A DNA stretch of 64,000 bases from Coriobacteriia bacterium. GTDB lineage: Bacteria; Actinomycetota; Coriobacteriia; Coriobacteriales; UBA8131. The notes under the pieces are model-generated. The model ran no database searches, had not been told where the DNA came from, and was given only the letters and a program-made list of their open reading frames with translations. Positions 19,694-28,570 of the stretch are shown one piece after another. The stretch lies in NCBI GenBank assembly GCA_009783245.1, contig WRHL01000002.1, positions 9,233-73,232 of the forward strand. The letters run 5' to 3'. Numbering within the stretch: the stretch's first letter is position 1; every line of letters begins with the position of its first letter. The position numbers and the translations under genes were made by a program.

Positions 19694-19928
19694 GGTCGTT
19701 CCCCTCTTCCTTCCTTGGCTCCCCAGCCTCCGCGCCAAATTGCTAGCGCGCGATAACCTTTTATACAAGCGCAGAAGACTACCCTATTACGCCGCTTAAC
19801 GCAATGATGTAAGCCAAGCGATTGCTGAATGGTTTCTTATGACGATAAAACCGGCTCGACCCCCACCCATGACAACCCGGTGGCGCGGTCTCTCCTCGCC
19901 TACCGTCATCCCCCACGCGCCCCCAACT

Positions 19929-20110
19929 GGACAGAAGGGGACGGTTCTAAGGACAGAAGGGGACGGTTCAGGACAGAAGGGGACGGTTCTAAGGACAGAA
20001 GGGGACGGTTCTATTCTGGCCTTTTCAAGGCCAGAATAGAACCGTCCCCTTCTGTCCTTAGAACCGTCCCCTTCTGTCCTGAACCGTCCCTTTTGTCATA
20101 CCCTTTGTCA
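19929..20110. repeat. Composite REP/BIME-like hairpin array
   Basis: Four GGACAGAAGGGGACGGTTC units, central TATTCTGGCCTT/AAGGCCAGAATA stem, three inverted units. Confidence 0.9.
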
Positions 20111-20212
20111 CGTCAAGGCGCGAGGGAGACTGGCAGTGGGCGTGCGGAAACCGCGCCTCCTGCAGTCTAGCGCAAGGCGGAGACCCGTCGTTCTCGTTAT
20201 CAAATAGAGCGG

Positions 20213-22888
20213 CTAACCCTGTTGCCCATCCCCGTTCTCAGTGGGATAGACCTGCTGCGACCAATGCGGAGCTGGTTGCTGAACGAACTCTGGCTGCTGT
20301 TCCCAAGGCTGAGCAGGTTGTTGGGTCGGAATGAATCCGGGTGATGTAAAGCCTCCAGGCACCTGGCCGTCAGACGGCACAAAAGCTTGCGCCGGGGCAG
20401 GCTGTGTGACGGTGAAACGCTTGACCGCAAAGTTATAGAGGGCGCTGATGCCAAAGCAGATGATGCCGCCTCCGATGAAGGCCACAACACGCATGATGGT
20501 ATTCAGCGCGCCCAGGTCGAAGAGCACCAGTTTGAGCACACAGAGGATGACTATCACCAGGCCATACAGGCGCAGAGAGCGGACGCGGGACCAGAAGCCC
20601 AGAGCGATGATGAGCAGGGCTATGACCATGCTTGCGAGGCTGAGCACATAGGGCTGGTCGAACCAGTTGGTCAAGCCAGCGATGCAGCTGAGGAGCAGGC
20701 AGTGGATGGCTAGTGCGCTGAGGGCCTCGATGTCGGAGTTGGGAAGACGCATCCCCGGAGTGCGTAAAGCTGCGGTGTTTGCCTGTGCGGCCAGGCGGAT
20801 ACGACTGAGGATGAGAAGGAGCGCCATCGCCACTGCAATCAGGTGGAAGACTGCGGCGAGGGTGTTGGTGTAGGCCAGGTTGTTGAAGGAGAACTCTATG
20901 CTGAGGAGGAAGTAGAGGAGGTACTCGTTGATCCTGAAGAAGATCTTTGGCGTGTCTTGCCTGGTCAGATGCAGGATGAGCAGTATGGCGATGCAGAGCA
21001 GTTCCATGAGGGCCAACGAGGAGGCGATGTCACTATTCCACAGGATGACTACCAAGGATAGCTCAAAGAACACCAGTGTGGTGAGCTTGAACGCCAGTTT
21101 GAAGTTATTGCTCTTTGTGGGGCCGAACTGCCGATAGGCAAGGTAGGAGAGGCCCAGGAGAATTGCGAGATAGATAAAGGGAAAGACCAGCGATAGGGCG
21201 GCAGAGAGCGTACCTGAGCCTGTAACCAAGCCAAACAAACCAAACTGCGAGAGGGATGTAAAGCCTGATACCAGCTGATAGAGGGCATCGATCAGAAGCA
21301 GGATAAAGGCCACATGGCCGTATATCTGTGAGTTATTCAGCTTCCTGAGAAGCAGGCAGAAGAGTGCAGGCAGGGCAAGGAGTAGAAGGCTGGGGCCTGC
21401 CGCATGATGATAGTCGTGGAAAAGCAGGTTAATGGAAAGTACAAGGCAGGAGAATGCGAGCAGGGAGAGGTTGGTTGTGAGGTTGAGGGTTTGGCTGGAA
21501 TCGCTCTTCTTACGCAAGAGCGTGTTCAGCAAGAGAACTGCAAAGATGACTATCAGAGCCGCTATGGTTCCTGCAAGAAAGGATCCGTAGCTGCTGGGGT
21601 GCGAATAGAGGAGCTCATACAGCTTGGCGGAGAGTGCCGCGATATTGGCTACCAGTGACGATCCCCAGAGCAAGAGGTTCAGCAATTGAAGGATCACCTG
21701 TGCACTGGAATTCTGAACGCGGGCAATGGACTTGAGCAGAAGGTAAGCCAAAACGCAGCTGCAGATGAACTGCAGGATGAATCCAAGAGAGAACACTATT
21801 GTGGGTAGGAGGGAAGCCGAGCCGGGGTCTACCCAGATGAGGTTCCTCCACATGAATAGTGAGGCGTACACGGTTATTGCCAGGGAGGCAAAGAGGCTGA
21901 ACCGGTACATCTTCTTGCACCAGAGGATGCTGCCAGCTACTATGAAGACCGTTGAGACAAGCTGATAGGCTAAAAGCAGCAACAGCGTGCTCTCATTAGA
22001 CAGGGCAACGGTATAGCCAAAGCAAACCGAGAGTATCATGCCAACATGAGCGATAACCCCCATGAGAAGTGACTGAGTCTGCTTCATAACGAGAAGGGCG
22101 GCGGCAAGCCAGGCCAGTAGGAGCACAAGGGCAACTATGTCGTTGAGCAGATTGAAGTACAGGTGCGTCATCTGAATGGCAATGAAGAACGCCCCGCAAC
22201 CGGTGCCCAACAACGCCTTGGTGAAGTTGTTGTTGTAGCGCCTGTTCAGCAGGAAGCCGGGAACGGCCAGCACGGCGCAGAGAATGAACATAAGGGCGAC
22301 CTTCATGAGGTCGTTGAGCAGAGGGACCACCAGGAAACCCAGGAAGATCAGGCCGAGAAACACCAGGACGGAGGCGACAATACCTACGATGTTCTTGCCG
22401 AACAGGTTCTCCAGGGAGCGGCTGGGGGCCTTTGCGGGTTGAGGGGGTGCGGGATATATCGCTTGATTCGGCATTGGAGGAGGCGTGGGCGCCTGCAGGG
22501 GTTGAGGCATGGGCATTGGCTGTTGCCAAGGGATTGGAACAGGCTGATGCATGGGCATCTGCTGGGGGATTGGCATAGGTTGCGGCATGGGCGTTGGCTG
22601 TTGCCAAGGGATTGGAACAGGCTGATGCATGGGCATCTGCTGGGGGATTGGCATAGGTTGCGGCATGGGCATCTGCTGGGGGATTGGAACAGGTTGTGGC
22701 GTCGGCACATGCTGCTGGTATGGAGGTAAAGGCACTGACAGATCCTGGGAGTTATATGGTGTTTGAGCCTGACGCTTCAGATTATTTATCTGGCGCTCCA
22801 ATGAATTGAATCGCACTACGATGACAACCACTATGACAAGGATGGCAACAACACCCAAACAGAGGAAAGCTCCAAGAATAGTATCCAT
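20213..22888 (-). CDS. DUF2339-like polytopic membrane protein with Pro/Gln-rich repeat region
   Basis: LENLFGKNIVGIVASVLVFLGL; many TM helices; C-terminal LKLVLFDL..RVVAFIGGG; 78-bp internal duplication. Confidence 0.8.
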   Translation of the reverse strand: MDTILGAFLCLGVVAILVIVVVIVVRFNSLERQINNLKRQAQTPYNSQDLSVPLPPYQQHVPTPQPVPIPQQMPMPQPMPIPQQMPMHQPVPIPWQQPTPMPQPMPIPQQMPMHQPVPIPWQQPMPMPQPLQAPTPPPMPNQAIYPAPPQPAKAPSRSLENLFGKNIVGIVASVLVFLGLIFLGFLVVPLLNDLMKVALMFILCAVLAVPGFLLNRRYNNNFTKALLGTGCGAFFIAIQMTHLYFNLLNDIVALVLLLAWLAAALLVMKQTQSLLMGVIAHVGMILSVCFGYTVALSNESTLLLLLAYQLVSTVFIVAGSILWCKKMYRFSLFASLAITVYASLFMWRNLIWVDPGSASLLPTIVFSLGFILQFICSCVLAYLLLKSIARVQNSSAQVILQLLNLLLWGSSLVANIAALSAKLYELLYSHPSSYGSFLAGTIAALIVIFAVLLLNTLLRKKSDSSQTLNLTTNLSLLAFSCLVLSINLLFHDYHHAAGPSLLLLALPALFCLLLRKLNNSQIYGHVAFILLLIDALYQLVSGFTSLSQFGLFGLVTGSGTLSAALSLVFPFIYLAILLGLSYLAYRQFGPTKSNNFKLAFKLTTLVFFELSLVVILWNSDIASSLALMELLCIAILLILHLTRQDTPKIFFRINEYLLYFLLSIEFSFNNLAYTNTLAAVFHLIAVAMALLLILSRIRLAAQANTAALRTPGMRLPNSDIEALSALAIHCLLLSCIAGLTNWFDQPYVLSLASMVIALLIIALGFWSRVRSLRLYGLVIVILCVLKLVLFDLGALNTIMRVVAFIGGGIICFGISALYNFAVKRFTVTQPAPAQAFVPSDGQVPGGFTSPGFIPTQQPAQPWEQQPEFVQQPAPHWSQQVYPTENGDGQQG

Positions 22889-22935
22889 ACCTGCTCCTTA
22901 AGGCCTTTCATACTCAGTGATGTTACAATTCTACT

Positions 22936-23778
22936 ATGAAAGGAACTATGCTTAAACGCGCTCTCGCTGTTATTGCGGCCTTCGCCTTGCTGACGCAGGC
23001 TGCCTGTACCCCAACTGAAGTGAGCCTGGCTGACCCTGCGCCGCTGGATACCGATGTGCTCACCGACACCCAGATGACACCTGAATCCCTTGCCGTCGAA
23101 CAGGGCGACGAGTCCGAAACTTCTCTTGGTGAAGAGGAGTCAGCTGAGGCAGAAGCTGAGGAGGAAGAGGAAGAGAAGGCAGAGGAGCCGTCGGAAGGCG
23201 AAGAGACAAGCAGGTCCCCTGTCGAGCTGAACATCATAACCGATTTCCGCAGTAACTTTGTACATGGCGATAAAGACGCAGCCCATCAGAAATACATCAT
23301 GCTGCACGACACCGAAGGTTGGTCGAGCCCTGCGAATACCATCGATTGGTGGGACAGCAACGGCAATCTTGTCGCCGCCCATTTCATTGTTGGCACCGAT
23401 GGAGCTGTCTACCAATGTGTTCCCCTGGATAAGATCGCCCACCATGCCGGCTACGGAGACACCGGCCACAATGCGTATTACGGTATCTCTGAGGATGGCC
23501 GAGACGATATGAAAGGGACGGTCTGGGTTGGCAGTTGGGCCTCTGACTATGGGATGAATGCCTGGTCCATTGGCATCGAGATGGTGCACGTGGGCGGCTC
23601 TGGTGACTACCCCCAGGCACAGCTCGACGCCCTGGACGCACTTATCGCCTATATCGACGGTTATTACGGCTTCCAAAGCACCATCATCGACCATAAAGCC
23701 TGGCGCAGCGGAAACTCCGACACCTCACCGGAATTTGCCGGCTACCTCTGGAACTACCAGAACTACCGCCACCACTGA
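22936..23778 (+). CDS. N-acetylmuramoyl-L-alanine amidase (Amidase_2) lipoprotein
   Basis: Signal ending ..QAAC; MLHDT, AAHF, WSIGIE, DHK; acidic linker. Confidence 0.85.
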   Translation: MKGTMLKRALAVIAAFALLTQAACTPTEVSLADPAPLDTDVLTDTQMTPESLAVEQGDESETSLGEEESAEAEAEEEEEEKAEEPSEGEETSRSPVELNIITDFRSNFVHGDKDAAHQKYIMLHDTEGWSSPANTIDWWDSNGNLVAAHFIVGTDGAVYQCVPLDKIAHHAGYGDTGHNAYYGISEDGRDDMKGTVWVGSWASDYGMNAWSIGIEMVHVGGSGDYPQAQLDALDALIAYIDGYYGFQSTIIDHKAWRSGNSDTSPEFAGYLWNYQNYRHH

Positions 23779-23796
23779 ACCGTCCTCTTCTGTCCC

Positions 23797-26700
23797 CTAC
23801 CGCAGTTCCAGCAGCAGGTTGATCAACGCGCTCAGCAGTCCTACACCTGCCTGAACGGGATACATCAGGCGTTGGGATTTCACCAGATATAGCCCGCCAC
23901 GCGCCTTGAGGGCAGCAGCCTGCTCAGCGGAAAGCTCCAGGGGCTCCAGCACCAGCTTGCCGCGCTGCAGGGCGACGCTGGTGATGCCCAGCTCGCCAGC
24001 CAGCGCCTTGGCGCGAGCCCGGTCGACCAGGTTCTGTGCCGGTGCAGGTAGGGCGCCGTAGCCCCCCACCAGCGCGGCTTCTATGCCTACAACCGCGTCC
24101 TCATCGGCGGCCGCGGCCAAACGCCTATAGAACAGCACCCGCTCATCGGCGGCCGCAACGTATTCCTCGGGCAGAAGGAAGGCAACCGGCAGGTCGATGC
24201 GCACCTCGGGATAGGCCACCTCATCCCTGGCGTCTTCGGCGCCACCGGCGCGTGCCGCTAAAACGGCCTCCTGCAACATGGAGGCGAACAGATCAAAGCC
24301 TACGGCTGAGAGCATCCCGTGTTGCTCGGCACCCAAAAGCGAGCCGGCCCCACGGATCTCCAAATCGCGCATGGCTATCTTCATGCCCGAGCCCAGGCCC
24401 TGGAACTCATCTATGGCAGTCAGCCGCTCAACCGCCTCTTCTGTCAGCACATTCTGCGACGGGAACAAGAAGAACGCATAAGCCTGGGCGTGCGAGCGCC
24501 CCACGCGCCCCTTGAGCTGGTAGAGCTGTGCCAGTCCCAGACGCTGTGAGTCCTCTATGATCAGCGTGTTGGTGTGCGGGTTGTCCAGACCACTCTCGAT
24601 GATGGTGGTTGCCACCAACACGTCGAACTCGTTGGCGGCGAAGTCCTCCATCACAGCCTCCAGCTGCGTGCCGCTCAGCTTGCCATGCGCTACGCCTATG
24701 CGCGCCTCCGGAGCCGTTGCCACCACCCGCGCCACTGCGTCGTCGATGCTCTTCACGCGATTGGACACGTAATACACCTGCCCGCCCCGCTCCATCTCTC
24801 GCCGGATCGCCGCGCTGACCACGTCCTCGTCCCACTCCCCTACGTGCACGTGGATGGGCGTACGGCTTGCCGGCGGCGTGTCGATCAGCGACATGTCGCG
24901 CACTCCGCTTATGGCCATCTGCATGGTCCGCGGTATGGGCGTGGCAGAAAGCGTCAGCACGTCCACCTGCTCACGCATGCTCTTGAGGTGCTCCTTGTGC
25001 TGCACGCCAAAGCGCTGCTCCTCGTCCACCACAATCAGCCCCAGGTCCTTGGGGTTGACATCTGACGATAAAAGCCGGTGCGTTCCCACCAACACATCCA
25101 CTGTACCTGTAGCAAACCCCTCCAGTATCTTCTTCTGCTGACTGGGGGTGCGAAAACGGCTGAGCACCTCCACGTTGACGGCAAAGCGCTCAAAGCGCTC
25201 CAGAAAGGTGAGGTAGTGCTGCTGCGCCAGGATGGTGGTGGGGCAAAGCAGCATGACCTGCTTACCACTCTGAACGGCCTTGAAGGCCGCCCGCAGTGCG
25301 ACCTCGGTCTTGCCAAAGCCCACATCGCCACATATCAGGCGATCCATGGGCCGCGCTGACTCCATATCTGCTTTTACATCAGCGATGGCCGCCAGTTGAT
25401 CGGCGGTCTCCTCATAGGGAAAGGCCAGTTCCATCTCATATTGCAGGTCGTTGTCTTGCGTATAGGCGTAACCCTGCGCCGTGCTGCGGCGTGCATAGAG
25501 GTCTACCAGGTCAAAGGCCAGCTTGTGAGCCGCCTTGCGCGCCTTGCCGGTGGCTCGCGACCAGTCGCTGGTGTTCAAGCGGGTCAGACGTGGTGCGGAA
25601 CTCTCGGGCCCCACATAGCGCGTTATCTTGTCTATCTGCTCCACCGGCGTAAAGAGCTTGTCGCCATGGGCGTATTCCAGGTAGAGGTAGTCTCGCTCGA
25701 TGCCGGCGACCTCCTGCCTGACAATCTCCTTGAAAAGCGCGATGCCGTGGGTGGCGTGCACCACATAGTCCCCCGGCTTGTAGGGGAAGGTCAGCGACGT
25801 GGGGTCTACCGCCCGGCGCGAGCGCCCTCTGCGCGAGACCGCCTGCGAACCGCTGCCCTCGCTCAGGGAGAGCAGGCCGATCTGCGCTGCTGGGATGATG
25901 AGCGAGGTCGCAAAATCCATGTCGACGATGTTCAGCACCGTCCTGCTCAGCTCACCTGCGCCCTGCATCCAGCCCTGCGCCTCGCCCTTCACCTCGCCCA
26001 TCACCTCGCCCTTGCCCTCAGCCCTACTGTCGCCCTTGCCCTGCGTCTGGAACTCTGCAAAGGGAAGATGGGCATCGCTTAAGACCAGCTCAGCCCCTGC
26101 GCGTGCGCGACGGTCCGCTATGCCCAGCACCGGAAGGAACCTTGAGGCCAGAAGCGAGCGAACGCTTGCTGCTAGCCGCTCGTCTGAGGAGGTATCGGCG
26201 TGCTTGACCTCCAGCCGGGCATCAAGGTTGGCGCCCCCGCTGATCAGCGAGAGCAGGGTCAGCCGCTGCTGGGTCCCAAAGTCCAGCTGGGCGGGATGCA
26301 TATACAGGTCCTCCAGCGGGGCTCGCGCCAGCTTGGCTGATGCCTCCAGCTCCTCAAAGTAGCGCAGGCTGTCGTCTATAAGCGAGCGAGGTTCGATAAG
26401 CGCGACCATGGCCGAGTCATGCAGATAAGCCAGAGGCGTTACGCAATCCGTATAGAGGTAGGGCAGGTAGCGATCCAGCTCGTTGAAGAAGACACCCTGC
26501 CCGATCTGCTCCGCGTGTTGCAGCACCTGCGCTGGTAGCTTGGCAGCCGCAGCGCCGGTTAAAAGCGGTATCTCTCTCAGCGCCCGCGCCCTGGTCTTCT
26601 TATTGAGAGCCAACTCTCGCGCCGGGTAGATGTCCACGCTATCCAACATGCCGATGGACTGGCCGGTAGCAGGGACCAGCCGCCTGATGACCTCCACAAA

Positions 26701-27423
26701 CTCGCCAAAGAGCTCCACACGCACGGGATAGGAGTGCCCGGCGGGATAGATATCCAGCGTGTCGCCGTGCAGAGCAAAACTACCCGGCTGCTCGGCGCGG
26801 TCCAGTTTATCCAGGCGCTCATAACCCCTGCTTACGAGAAGGGCGCTTAACCCATCGTAGCTAGCCTCGGCGGAGAGCTCCTCTCCCGCCACAAAGCACA
26901 ACGGCGCAAAGACACTTGTGGATGTGACAAAGGGGACGGTCCCTTTTGTCACATCTTCAGACTTGACAAAAGGGACCGTCCCCTTTGTCACATCCGTCCC
27001 CCTTGTCACAGGGGGTGGCACCAGCCGCAGCAATGAGCGAGCGCTGGCAACAACCACGCCCGGCTCGCCTTCTGCCAGCGACTGGATGGCCCGAGCCCGT
27101 TGCCCAACCTGCTGCACGTGCTTGAACTCCCTAGGCAGATCTCTCCAGGGCAGATCGGTGCGCAAAGGCAGCTGCATCACTGCATCATTGCCTAACCAGA
27201 CGGCAAGGTCCCGCGCGAACAGATAGGCCGCCTCCTCACCAGAGACCACCACCAGTATCGGTCGCGGGTCTTTAGCATAGGTGGCTGCCAACAGGAAAGG
27301 CCGTGCAGACAAGGGCACGCCTATGACCACGTCTCGCCCCGTCTCAAGCTTTGCCGCCAGCGTATCCAGCGCCTTGCATGCAAAAAGCGCCTCGGCAAGC
27401 CTCTGAATCAACATCTGCGACAA
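23797..27423 (-). CDS. mfd: Transcription-repair coupling factor
   Basis: CarD/RID (GDYVVHATHGI), GDVGFGKTEVA, DEEQRFG, SATPIPRT, QLKGRVGR, TRCF C-terminus. Confidence 0.97.
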   Translation of the reverse strand: MSQMLIQRLAEALFACKALDTLAAKLETGRDVVIGVPLSARPFLLAATYAKDPRPILVVVSGEEAAYLFARDLAVWLGNDAVMQLPLRTDLPWRDLPREFKHVQQVGQRARAIQSLAEGEPGVVVASARSLLRLVPPPVTRGTDVTKGTVPFVKSEDVTKGTVPFVTSTSVFAPLCFVAGEELSAEASYDGLSALLVSRGYERLDKLDRAEQPGSFALHGDTLDIYPAGHSYPVRVELFGEFVEVIRRLVPATGQSIGMLDSVDIYPARELALNKKTRARALREIPLLTGAAAAKLPAQVLQHAEQIGQGVFFNELDRYLPYLYTDCVTPLAYLHDSAMVALIEPRSLIDDSLRYFEELEASAKLARAPLEDLYMHPAQLDFGTQQRLTLLSLISGGANLDARLEVKHADTSSDERLAASVRSLLASRFLPVLGIADRRARAGAELVLSDAHLPFAEFQTQGKGDSRAEGKGEVMGEVKGEAQGWMQGAGELSRTVLNIVDMDFATSLIIPAAQIGLLSLSEGSGSQAVSRRGRSRRAVDPTSLTFPYKPGDYVVHATHGIALFKEIVRQEVAGIERDYLYLEYAHGDKLFTPVEQIDKITRYVGPESSAPRLTRLNTSDWSRATGKARKAAHKLAFDLVDLYARRSTAQGYAYTQDNDLQYEMELAFPYEETADQLAAIADVKADMESARPMDRLICGDVGFGKTEVALRAAFKAVQSGKQVMLLCPTTILAQQHYLTFLERFERFAVNVEVLSRFRTPSQQKKILEGFATGTVDVLVGTHRLLSSDVNPKDLGLIVVDEEQRFGVQHKEHLKSMREQVDVLTLSATPIPRTMQMAISGVRDMSLIDTPPASRTPIHVHVGEWDEDVVSAAIRREMERGGQVYYVSNRVKSIDDAVARVVATAPEARIGVAHGKLSGTQLEAVMEDFAANEFDVLVATTIIESGLDNPHTNTLIIEDSQRLGLAQLYQLKGRVGRSHAQAYAFFLFPSQNVLTEEAVERLTAIDEFQGLGSGMKIAMRDLEIRGAGSLLGAEQHGMLSAVGFDLFASMLQEAVLAARAGGAEDARDEVAYPEVRIDLPVAFLLPEEYVAAADERVLFYRRLAAAADEDAVVGIEAALVGGYGALPAPAQNLVDRARAKALAGELGITSVALQRGKLVLEPLELSAEQAAALKARGGLYLVKSQRLMYPVQAGVGLLSALINLLLELR
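26920..27010. repeat. REP-like palindrome doublet inside mfd
   Basis: In-frame peptide VTRGTDVTKGTVPFVKSEDVTKGTVPFVTST. Confidence 0.9.
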
Positions 27424-27500
27424 AACACGCCCTTCTCGTTATCAACGAAAACGCCAAAAGCCCGCAAAGTCTATCCTTGCGGGTTAAGGGCAATTGTAGC

Positions 27501-27673
27501 ATGACAAAGGGGACGGTCTGACAAAAGGGGTCTGACAAAGGGGACGGTCCCTTTTGTCATGGACAGAACCTTCAACCATGCTGAGGCTGCTACAATGTGA
27601 CAAAAGGGACCGTCCCCTTTGTCAGACCGTCCCCTTTGTCAGACCCCTTTTGTCAGACCGTCCCCTTTGTCAT
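27501..27673. repeat. REP-like inverted cluster in the mfd/nth divergent promoter region
   Basis: 27501-27560 and 27596-27673 are inverted mosaics of TGACAAAGGGGACGGTC units; TACAAT boxes at 27493-27498 (-) and 27591-27596 (+). Confidence 0.9.
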
Positions 27674-27694
27674 CCCGGTTATGAGGAGCTCCCC

Positions 27695-28351
27695 GTGCCA
27701 CGTGAGTCTAAAGCCAGTAAGCAGAACCGGGCGCTAGTCGTTGCCCGGCGCATGAATGAGCGTTACCCTCAGGCAGAATGCGCGCTCTCTTTCCACAATG
27801 CATTCACCCTGGTCATCGCCGTGCTCCTCTCGGCGCAGACCACCGACGTCGCGGTGAACAAGGTGACCCCGGAGCTCTTCTCCCGCTGGCCTGACCCCCA
27901 AGCGATGGCCCAGGCAGACCTCAAAGACATAGAGCAGGTCATACGCATCATCGGTTTCTACCACGTCAAGGCCAAGAATTGCGTCGCCTGCGCCCAGATG
28001 CTGCTTGCGGAGTTTGGCGGTGAGGTCCCCGCCACCATGGAGGAACTGACACGCCTGCCCGGCGTGGGGCGAAAAACCGCCAACATCGTGCTCAACAATG
28101 CCTTTGGCATTGTCGAGGGCATCGCCGTTGACACCCATGTATTCCGGATCGCCCACAAGCTGGGTTTCTCGTCAAAAACCTCGGATACTCCGAGCAAGAC
28201 GGAGCGGGATCTGCTCGCACTCTTCCCACGCGAGCTCTGGGGGCCCATCAACCACCAGTGGGTGCTCTTTGGGCGTGAGGTCTGCATAGCCCGCCGCCCT
28301 CGCTGCCTTGAGTGCCCCATAAACGATCTCTGCCCCAGCAACCAAGTCTAG
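27695..28351 (+). CDS. nth: Endonuclease III
   Basis: LSAQTTD, HhH LPGVGRKTAN, VDTHV, C-x6-C-x2-C-x5-C. GTG after GAGGAG. Confidence 0.96.
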   Translation: MPRESKASKQNRALVVARRMNERYPQAECALSFHNAFTLVIAVLLSAQTTDVAVNKVTPELFSRWPDPQAMAQADLKDIEQVIRIIGFYHVKAKNCVACAQMLLAEFGGEVPATMEELTRLPGVGRKTANIVLNNAFGIVEGIAVDTHVFRIAHKLGFSSKTSDTPSKTERDLLALFPRELWGPINHQWVLFGREVCIARRPRCLECPINDLCPSNQV

Positions 28352-28524
28352 GACAAAAGGGATGCTGGTCCCATGCCTTAGTGCTGAGCGGTGGAATTGA
28401 AGCAGGCCTGCTGTCAACGCCACAAGGGATACGGCGTTGACAGCAGGCGCTGTTCCAATTCCACCGCATAGCGCCACAGCGGGAAGTGACTATCGATGTA
28501 TAGCTCGAGTTTGTCCGCAGCCTG

Positions 28525-28559
28525 AGTGAAAAGTCCCAAAAATGGGACTTTTCACTTTT
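28525..28559. terminator. Stem-loop terminator between convergent genes
   Basis: AGTGAAAAGTCCCA-aaaa-TGGGACTTTTCACT followed by TTT. Confidence 0.7.
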
Positions 28560-28570
28560 CGTGCGATCTG

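Noticed and set aside
19929-20110. CRISPR array
   Set aside because: Units are separated by only 1-3 nt, half are inverted, there are no unique spacers and no cas genes. The same applies to the clusters at 14026 and 27501.
27554-27694. Repeat-derived N-terminal extension of Nth (likewise paaK 9217-9411)
   Set aside because: Good SD plus GTG starts lie downstream of the repeats, so these repeats are probably untranslated, unlike those in mfd and the ABC ATPase.
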